Part shown: one piece after another, positions 55,577-64,000 of the stretch
Position numbering within the stretch: the stretch's first letter is position 1
Layout: the number at the start of each line of letters is the position of its first letter
Assembly (NCBI RefSeq): GCF_013167455.1
Contig: NZ_CP038328.1
Strand: one strand, 5' to 3'
Source of the DNA: Escherichia coli O157:H7
GTDB taxonomy: Bacteria; Pseudomonadota; Gammaproteobacteria; Enterobacterales; Enterobacteriaceae
Length of the DNA: 64,000 bases
The notes under the pieces: model-generated
The model's input: only the letters and a program-made list of their open reading frames with translations
What the model was told of the DNA's origin: nothing
Databases searched by the model: none
Program-made: the position numbers and the translations under genes

Positions 55577-56481
55577 TTTCCGCTTCGCTGCAACAACGTA
55601 AAACTCGCACCCGCCGCAGCATGTTGTTTGTGCCTGGTGCCAATGCCGCGATGGTCAGCAACTCCTTCATCTACCCGGCTGATGCCCTGATGTTTGACCT
55701 CGAAGACTCCGTGGCATTACGTGAAAAAGACACCGCCCGCCGCATGGTTTATCACGCGCTGCAACATCCGCTGTATCGCGATATTGAAACCATTGTGCGT
55801 GTAAACGCGCTGGATTCCGAATGGGGTGTTAACGACCTGGAAGCCGTCGTTCGCGGTGGTGCGGACGTTGTACGTCTGCCGAAAACCGATACCGCTCAGG
55901 ATGTTCTGGATATCGAAAAAGAGATCCTGCGTATAGAAAAAGCCTGTGGTCGTGAACCCGGCAGCACCGGCCTGCTGGCGGCGATTGAATCTCCGCTGGG
56001 CATTACCCGCGCAGTGGAAATCGCTCACGCTTCCGAGCGTTTGATCGGTATCGCCCTCGGTGCAGAAGACTATGTGCGCAACCTGCGTACAGAACGCTCC
56101 CCGGAAGGAACTGAACTGCTGTTCGCACGCTGTTCCATTTTGCAGGCCGCGCGCTCTGCGGGTATTCAGGCGTTCGATACCGTCTATTCCGACGCTAACA
56201 ACGAAGCCGGATTCCTGCAAGAAGCCGCCCACATCAAACAGCTGGGCTTTGACGGCAAATCGCTGATCAACCCGCGTCAGATTGATCTGCTGCACAACCT
56301 CTACGCACCGACCCAGAAAGAAGTGGATCACGCCCGCCGCGTCGTAGAAGCCGCTGAAGCCGCCGCTCGCGAAGGCCTCGGCGTGGTTTCCCTGAACGGC
56401 AAGATGGTGGACGGTCCGGTTATCGATCGTGCCCGTCTGGTGCTCTCCCGTGCAGAACTTTCCGGCATCCGCGAAGAATAA
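55573..56481 (+). CDS. citE: citrate lyase beta subunit (citryl-ACP lyase)
   Basis: Starts [22 protein letters not shown]; 302 aa. Confidence 0.9.
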
Positions 56482-56491
56482 GGCAATCAAA

Positions 56492-58024
56492 ATGACGCAG
56501 AAAATTGAACAATCTCAACGACAAGAACGGGTAGCGGCCTGGAATCGTCGCGCTGAATGCGATCTTGCCGCTTTCCAGAACTCACCAAAGCAAACCTACC
56601 AGGCTGAAAAAGCGCGCGATCGCAAACTGTGCGCCAACCTGGAAGAAGCGATTCGTCGCTCTGGTTTACAGGACGGCATGACGGTTTCCTTCCATCACGC
56701 TTTCCGTGGCGGTGACCTGACCGTCAATATGGTGATGGACGTCATCGCGAAGATGGGCTTTAAAAACCTGATCCTGGCGTCCAGCTCCCTGAGTGATTGC
56801 CATGCGCCGCTGGTAGAACACATTCGCCAGGGCGTGGTTACCCGCATTTATACCTCCGGCCTGCGTGGTCCACTGGCGGAAGAGATCTCCCGTGGTCTGC
56901 TGGCGGAACCGGTGCAAATCCACTCTCACGGCGGACGTGTGCATCTGGTACAGAGCGGCGAACTGAATATCGACGTGGCTTTCCTCGGCGTCCCGTCCTG
57001 TGATGAATTCGGTAATGCCAACGGCTACACCGGTAAAGCCTGCTGCGGCTCCCTCGGCTATGCAATGGTTGATGCCGACAACGCAAAACAGGTTGTGATG
57101 CTTACCGAAGAACTGCTGCCTTATCCGCATAATCCGGCAAGCATTGAGCAAGATCAGGTTGATTTAATCGTCAAAGTTGATCGCGTTGGCGATGCTGCAA
57201 AAATCGGCGCTGGTGCTACCCGTATGACCACTAACCCGCGCGAACTGCTTATTGCCCGTAGCGCTGCGGATGTGATTGTCAACTCAGGCTACTTCAAAGA
57301 AGGTTTCTCCATGCAAACCGGCACCGGCGGCGCATCGCTGGCGGTAACCCTTTTCCTGGAAGACAAAATGCGTAGCCGCGATATTCGCGCCGACTTCGCC
57401 CTCGGTGGTATTACCGCGACGATGGTTGATCTGCACGAAAAAGGTCTGATCCGCAAACTGCTGGATGTACAGAGCTTTGACAGCCACGCTGCGCAATCGC
57501 TGGCCCGTAACCCCAATCACATCGAAATCAGCGCCAACCAGTACGCTAACTGGGGTTCGAAAGGTGCATCGGTTGATCGTCTCGACGTGGTGGTACTGAG
57601 CGCGCTGGAAATTGACACCCAGTTCAACGTTAACGTGCTGACCGGCTCTGACGGCGTACTGCGTGGTGCTTCCGGTGGTCACTGCGATACCGCGATTGCC
57701 TCTGCGCTTTCCATCATCGTCGCGCCGCTGGTACGCGGTCGTATTCCGACTCTGGTGGATAACGTGCTGACCTGCATCACCCCGGGCTCCAGTGTCGATA
57801 TTCTGGTCACAGACCACGGTATCGCAGTTAACCCGGCACGTCCGGAACTGGCAGAACGTCTGCAGGAAGCGGGCATTAAAGTGGTTTCCATTGAGTGGCT
57901 GCGCGAACGTGCGCGTCTGCTGACCGGTGAACCACAGCCGATTGAATTCACCGACCGCGTCGTTGCCGTTGTGCGTTACCGCGATGGCTCGGTGATCGAT
58001 GTTGTGCATCAGGTGAAGGAATAA
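56492..58024 (+). CDS. citF: citrate lyase alpha subunit
   Basis: Starts MTQKIEQSQRQERVAAWN; 510 aa. Confidence 0.9.
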   Translation: MTQKIEQSQRQERVAAWNRRAECDLAAFQNSPKQTYQAEKARDRKLCANLEEAIRRSGLQDGMTVSFHHAFRGGDLTVNMVMDVIAKMGFKNLILASSSLSDCHAPLVEHIRQGVVTRIYTSGLRGPLAEEISRGLLAEPVQIHSHGGRVHLVQSGELNIDVAFLGVPSCDEFGNANGYTGKACCGSLGYAMVDADNAKQVVMLTEELLPYPHNPASIEQDQVDLIVKVDRVGDAAKIGAGATRMTTNPRELLIARSAADVIVNSGYFKEGFSMQTGTGGASLAVTLFLEDKMRSRDIRADFALGGITATMVDLHEKGLIRKLLDVQSFDSHAAQSLARNPNHIEISANQYANWGSKGASVDRLDVVVLSALEIDTQFNVNVLTGSDGVLRGASGGHCDTAIASALSIIVAPLVRGRIPTLVDNVLTCITPGSSVDILVTDHGIAVNPARPELAERLQEAGIKVVSIEWLRERARLLTGEPQPIEFTDRVVAVVRYRDGSVIDVVHQVKE

Positions 58025-58027
58025 GCC

Positions 58028-59432
<1,405 letters not shown>

Positions 59433-59482
59433 TTATTTAAGAACTTGATAAATTTGGAAATATTAATTTTCGGAGAACCCGT

Positions 59483-60946
59483 ATGTCTTTAGCAAAAGAT
59501 AATATATGGAAACTATTGGCCCCACTGGTGGTGATGGGTGTCATGTTTCTTATCCCTGTCCCCGACGGTATGCCGCCGCAGGCATGGCATTACTTCGCTG
59601 TGTTTGTGGCAATGATTGTCGGCATGATCCTCGAGCCAATTCCGGCAACAGCGATCAGTTTTATTGCGGTTACTATTTGCGTTATTGGCAGTAATTACCT
59701 GCTCTTTGATGCCAAAGAATTAGCTGACCCAGCGTTTAATGCGCAAAAACAGGCGCTGAAATGGGGCCTGGCTGGTTTTTCCAGCACTACGGTATGGCTG
59801 GTATTTGGCGCATTTATTTTTGCATTAGGGTATGAAGTTTCCGGGTTAGGTCGTCGCATTGCCCTTTTCCTGGTGAAATTCATGGGCAAACGCACGCTGA
59901 CGTTGGGTTATGCGATTGTCATTATCGACATTCTGCTGGCACCGTTTACACCGTCCAACACCGCGCGTACCGGGGGTACGGTTTTTCCGGTCATTAAAAA
60001 CCTGCCGCCGTTGTTTAAATCATTCCCGAACGATCCGTCCGCGCGTCGTATTGGCGGCTATTTGATGTGGATGATGGTCATTAGTACCAGTCTGAGTTCG
60101 TCCATGTTTGTCACCGGTGCGGCACCAAACGTGCTGGGTCTGGAGTTCGTCAGCAAAATTGCCGGTATCCAGATTAGCTGGTTGCAGTGGTTCCTCTGCT
60201 TCCTGCCGGTTGGGGTTATCTTGCTTATCATTGCGCCGTGGCTTTCCTACGTGCTGTACAAACCGGAAATCACACACAGTGAAGAAGTGGCAACCTGGGC
60301 GGGTGATGAACTAAAAACCATGGGTGCGCTGACACGCAGAGAGTGGACGCTGATTGGCCTTGTATTGCTCAGCTTAGGTTTGTGGGTATTTGGCAGTGAA
60401 GTCATTAATGCTACTGCGGTTGGTCTGCTGGCAGTTTCGCTAATGCTGGCTCTGCACGTTGTGCCGTGGAAAGACATTACCCGCTATAACAGCGCATGGA
60501 ACACGCTGGTCAACCTGGCAACTCTGGTTGTGATGGCTAACGGCCTGACTCGTTCTGGTTTTATTGACTGGTTCGCCGGTACCATGAGTACGCACCTGGA
60601 AGGATTCTCACCAAACGCAACGGTGATTGTACTGGTTCTGGTGTTCTACTTTGCACACTACCTGTTTGCCAGCCTGTCTGCGCACACCGCAACCATGCTG
60701 CCGGTTATTCTGGCCGTCGGTAAAGGTATTCCGGGCGTACCAATGGAACAACTGTGTATCCTGCTGGTGCTGTCTATCGGTATCATGGGCTGTCTGACGC
60801 CGTATGCAACCGGTCCTGGGGTGATTATTTACGGCTGTGGCTATGTGAAATCAAAAGATTACTGGCGTCTTGGCGCAATCTTCGGGGTGATTTACATCTC
60901 TATGTTGCTGTTGGTTGGCTGGCCGATTCTCGCCATGTGGAACTAA
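59483..60946 (+). CDS. citT: citrate:succinate antiporter
   Basis: 487-aa multi-TM ORF; recognised. Confidence 0.95.
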   Translation: MSLAKDNIWKLLAPLVVMGVMFLIPVPDGMPPQAWHYFAVFVAMIVGMILEPIPATAISFIAVTICVIGSNYLLFDAKELADPAFNAQKQALKWGLAGFSSTTVWLVFGAFIFALGYEVSGLGRRIALFLVKFMGKRTLTLGYAIVIIDILLAPFTPSNTARTGGTVFPVIKNLPPLFKSFPNDPSARRIGGYLMWMMVISTSLSSSMFVTGAAPNVLGLEFVSKIAGIQISWLQWFLCFLPVGVILLIIAPWLSYVLYKPEITHSEEVATWAGDELKTMGALTRREWTLIGLVLLSLGLWVFGSEVINATAVGLLAVSLMLALHVVPWKDITRYNSAWNTLVNLATLVVMANGLTRSGFIDWFAGTMSTHLEGFSPNATVIVLVLVFYFAHYLFASLSAHTATMLPVILAVGKGIPGVPMEQLCILLVLSIGIMGCLTPYATGPGVIIYGCGYVKSKDYWRLGAIFGVIYISMLLLVGWPILAMWN

Positions 60947-60977
60947 TACGTTCGCCAAACGCTGAATAAATCATCAC

Positions 60978-61011
60978 GCCCGCCAGGTTAGCCCACCTGG
61001 CGGGCTTTTTT
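60978..61011 (+). terminator. rho-independent terminator after citT
   Basis: gcccgccaggt tagccc acctggcgggc followed by tttttt. Confidence 0.7.
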
Positions 61012-61059
61012 ATGATTTAATAGATAGTATTCAGTGTATGTATGAGTTCCACACCCATT

Positions 61060-61866
61060 ATGAAAGCATTCTGGCGTAACGCCGCGTTGCTCGCGGTTTC
61101 TCTGCTTCCCTTCTCTTCTGCCAACGCCGTAGCGTTGCAGGCAAAACAGTATGGCGATTTTGATCGCTATGTCCTGGCCCTCTCCTGGCAAACCGGATTT
61201 TGCCAGAGTCAACACGATCGAAATCGTAACGAACGAGATGAATGTCGCCTGCAAACCGAAACGACCAACAAAGCTGATTTTCTGACCGTACATGGTCTGT
61301 GGCCAGGATTGCCTAAATCGGTTGCTGCCCGTGGTGTTGATGAACGCCGCTGGATGCGCTTCGGTTGCGCTACTCGCCCAATCCCGAATCTACCAGAAGC
61401 GCGCGCCAGCCGGATGTGTTCATCGCCGGAAACCGGATTATCACTGGAAACGGCCGCTAAACTAAGTGAAGTCATGCCAGGAGCTGGCGGACGTTCCTGC
61501 CTGGAACGCTACGAATATGCCAAACACGGTGCCTGCTTTGGTTTTGATCCGGACGCATACTTCGGTACGATGGTACGCCTGAATCAAGAGATAAAAGAGA
61601 GCGAAGCCGGAAAATTCCTTGCGGATAATTACGGTAAAACAGTGAGCCGCCGTGACTTTGACGCCGCCTTTGCCAAAAGCTGGGGAAAAGAGAACGTGAA
61701 AGCAGTTAAGCTAACGTGCCAGGGTAACCCTGCGTATTTGACTGAAATTCAGGTCTCGATCAAAGCTGACGCCATCAACGCTCCGCTTTCTGCAAACTCA
61801 TTCTTGCCACAACCACACCCAGGTAACTGTGGCAAAACCTTTGTGATTGATAAAGCGGGTTATTAA
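61060..61866 (+). CDS. rna: periplasmic ribonuclease I (RNase T2 family)
   Basis: Starts MKAFWRNAALLAVSLLPFSSANA (signal peptide); 268 aa. Confidence 0.9.
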   Translation: MKAFWRNAALLAVSLLPFSSANAVALQAKQYGDFDRYVLALSWQTGFCQSQHDRNRNERDECRLQTETTNKADFLTVHGLWPGLPKSVAARGVDERRWMRFGCATRPIPNLPEARASRMCSSPETGLSLETAAKLSEVMPGAGGRSCLERYEYAKHGACFGFDPDAYFGTMVRLNQEIKESEAGKFLADNYGKTVSRRDFDAAFAKSWGKENVKAVKLTCQGNPAYLTEIQVSIKADAINAPLSANSFLPQPHPGNCGKTFVIDKAGY

Positions 61867-62012
61867 TCCTCTGATTTACAAAACACGCTAATTCGTCTTT
61901 CATAAACCATGACGATTAAGAATTATACATAATGCGCTGCATTGAGGAATTCCCTGAATGTGACGCAAATCACTTCAAAGAGTGAGCAACAGTCAGTATC
62001 ATCATGTGAGTT

Positions 62013-62047
62013 AAACCCTCGCCGCCTGACGGTGAGGGTTTTCTTTT
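62013..62047 (+). terminator. hairpin plus T-run in the rna-rnk intergenic region
   Basis: aaccctcgcc gcctgac ggtgagggtt followed by ttctttt. Confidence 0.45.
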
Positions 62048-62095
62048 GGGTATGTTTATCTGCGACACTCGCAGTACCGACGACATGGAGTAAAA

Positions 62096-62506
62096 ATGTC
62101 CAGACCAACTATCATCATTAACGACCTGGATGCCGAACGCATCGATATTCTGCTGGAGCAACCCGCCTATGCTGGTTTGCCAATCGCCGACGCGTTAAAC
62201 GCAGAGTTGGATCGCGCCCAAATGTGTTCGCCAGAAGAGATGCCACACGACGTGGTGACAATGAACAGCCGGGTTAAATTCCGCAATCTTAGCGATGGCG
62301 AAGTGCGTGTGCGCACGCTGGTGTATCCGGCAAAAATGACCGATAGCAATACTCAGCTTTCCGTTATGGCTCCGGTAGGTGCCGCACTGCTGGGACTGCG
62401 CGTTGGCGATTCCATTCACTGGGAACTTCCGGGCGGCGTTGCAACCCACCTTGAAGTGCTGGAACTCGAATACCAGCCAGAAGCTGCTGGCGACTACCTG
62501 CTTTAA
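62096..62506 (+). CDS. rnk: regulator of nucleoside diphosphate kinase (GreA/GreB-like)
   Basis: 136-aa ORF; recognised. Confidence 0.9.
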
Positions 62507-62540
62507 TCCCATCTGTACAAGCGATAACTCGCTTTGCCCA

Positions 62541-62566
62541 GAGGATGCACTCGCATCCTCTTTATG
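62541..62566 (+). terminator. hairpin after rnk
   Basis: agaggatgc actc gcatcctct followed by ttat. Confidence 0.4.
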
Positions 62567-62643
62567 CAAAATCAGCAATTTTTCCTGGTTCTCACTGTTC
62601 ACTTTTGCTGCAAAATTATTCCGTTTCGTTTGTGGGAATAACC

Positions 62644-62733
62644 ATGGCAGAAGCATTTTACATCCTGATAGGATTTCTGATTATGGCGGCGATTATCGTC
62701 ATGGCTGTCCTTTACCTCGAAAACCACTCCTGA
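62644..62733 (+). CDS. candidate 29-aa small membrane protein
   Basis: ATG at 62644 translates MAEAFYILIGFLIMAAIIVMAVLYLENHS (one predicted TM helix); GGGAA 5 nt upstream; nested in track ORF 62545..62733; ends 3 nt before the convergent ybdR stop. Confidence 0.4.
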   Translation: MAEAFYILIGFLIMAAIIVMAVLYLENHS

Positions 62734-62736
62734 CGC

Positions 62737-63975
62737 TCATATTGTTCCCCCCGGCATCGCATTCACCAGACCTGAAACCGCCTTCTGCGCCGCCTCTGCG
62801 CTTTGTGCACCGGGTACCAGAATCACCTTACGGCACTCCTCTTCACGCTTTTCAAAGATCTCATATCCCCGGGCGGCCTCTTCAAACGGCATATAGTGGG
62901 TAACAATTTCTTCTGGTTTCAGTAATCCTTTCTCAATTAACGGTAATAATTCTCCCAGCCATGCGTGAACGTGGGTCTGTCCCATTTTAAACGTCAACCC
63001 TTTATCAAAGGCGTCGCCAAACAGGAAACCGTGAATAAATCCAGCGTAGACGCCCGGTACGCTAACAATGCCGCCACGCCTGACCGCCGCAATACACTGA
63101 CGCAACGCTTTACCGCTGCTGCCCTCCAGTTTCAGGTTAGTCAGCACCGTTTCCGTGGTGCTGCCTTTCGCTTCAAAACCGACGGCGTCTATTACTGCAT
63201 CCACGCCCCGGTGACCTGCCGTTTGTTCAATAATTGACTGTGCCGGATCGCTATCTTCATCGAAATTAATCGGGATCGCGCCGTAGCGGTCAGCGGCGAA
63301 ACGCAAGCGGTAGGGATGATGATCAACAACAAAAATCTGTTCCGCACCGAGCAACCGTGCACAGGCGATTGTCAACAATCCCACAGGACCGGCACCATAG
63401 ACAGCAACGCTTGAACCTTGTTGGATCTGCGCATTTTTTGCTGCCTGCCATGCCGTTGGCAGAATATCAGAAAGGAAAAGGGCTTTATCATCTGAAAGCA
63501 AAGGCGGTACTTTAAACGGCCCCACATTCCCTTTAGGGACACGGACATACTCCGCCTGTCCACCAGGAACGCCACCATACAGGTGACTATAACCAAACAA
63601 TGCCGCGGGAGCTGGTATCTGTTTTTTATTGAGCGCAGCGCCTTTACCCGCATTGGTATTTTCGCAGGCGGCATATTGCTGCAGTCGACAGAAAAAACAG
63701 TCGCCACAAGCAATGACGAACGGAATTACCACCCGGTCGCCTTTTTGCAAATTTTTTACATCCTTTCCGGTTTCAACTACTTCCCCCATAAATTCATGAC
63801 CAAAAATATCGCCATGTTTAACCTGGGGTATTTTGCCTCGATAAAGATGGAGGTCAGAGCCACAGATCGCCGTTGCCGTTATACGCAGAATAATATCATC
63901 TGCCTGTTCAATGCCCGGATCGGGAACATTTTCTACCTGAACGTGATGTGGGCCGTGATAAGTCAATGCTTTCAT
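62737..63975 (-). CDS. ybdR: zinc-dependent alcohol dehydrogenase family oxidoreductase
   Basis: 412-aa ORF with MDR zinc-binding motifs ([15 protein letters not shown]) and GxGxxG. Confidence 0.9.
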   Translation of the reverse strand: MKALTYHGPHHVQVENVPDPGIEQADDIILRITATAICGSDLHLYRGKIPQVKHGDIFGHEFMGEVVETGKDVKNLQKGDRVVIPFVIACGDCFFCRLQQYAACENTNAGKGAALNKKQIPAPAALFGYSHLYGGVPGGQAEYVRVPKGNVGPFKVPPLLSDDKALFLSDILPTAWQAAKNAQIQQGSSVAVYGAGPVGLLTIACARLLGAEQIFVVDHHPYRLRFAADRYGAIPINFDEDSDPAQSIIEQTAGHRGVDAVIDAVGFEAKGSTTETVLTNLKLEGSSGKALRQCIAAVRRGGIVSVPGVYAGFIHGFLFGDAFDKGLTFKMGQTHVHAWLGELLPLIEKGLLKPEEIVTHYMPFEEAARGYEIFEKREEECRKVILVPGAQSAEAAQKAVSGLVNAMPGGTI

Positions 63976-64000
63976 GCAACCTCCAGAGACAGTTCAAAAA

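Overview
This window is a contiguous Escherichia coli chromosomal segment, recognised from protein and RNA sequences recalled from memory; no database search was possible. It is the reverse complement of the K-12 map around 14-15 min. Gene order: glnS (partial) - nagE - nagBACD - asnB - tRNA operon metT-leuW-glnU-glnW-metU-glnV-glnX - ubiF - miaB-ybeZ-ybeY-corC-lnt - gltIJKL - rihA - hscC - djlC/ybeU/ybeT/djlB/ybeR/ybeQ - ybeL - leuS-lptE-holA-nadD-cobC - rsfS-rlmH-mrdA-mrdB-rlpA - dacA - ybeD - lipB - ybeF - lipA - tatE - ybeM - crcB - cspE - pagP - dcuC - dpiAB - citCDEFXGT - rna - rnk - ybdR. Almost all of it is ordinary core genome; I found no CRISPR array, IS element, prophage or integron. 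The best candidate for an under-described system is the AT-richer cluster at about 22.6-30.5 kb: the Hsp70 paralog hscC followed by two paralogous units, each a Sel1-repeat protein divergent from a DUF1266-like protein translationally coupled to a tail-anchored J-domain protein. In this sequence two genes of that cluster carry single in-frame nonsense codons (djlC TAA at 25393-25395, ybeQ TAG at 29664-29666). The strain is not K-12 MG1655-like, as far as I recall: ybeM is intact and no IS5 sits between lnt and gltI.
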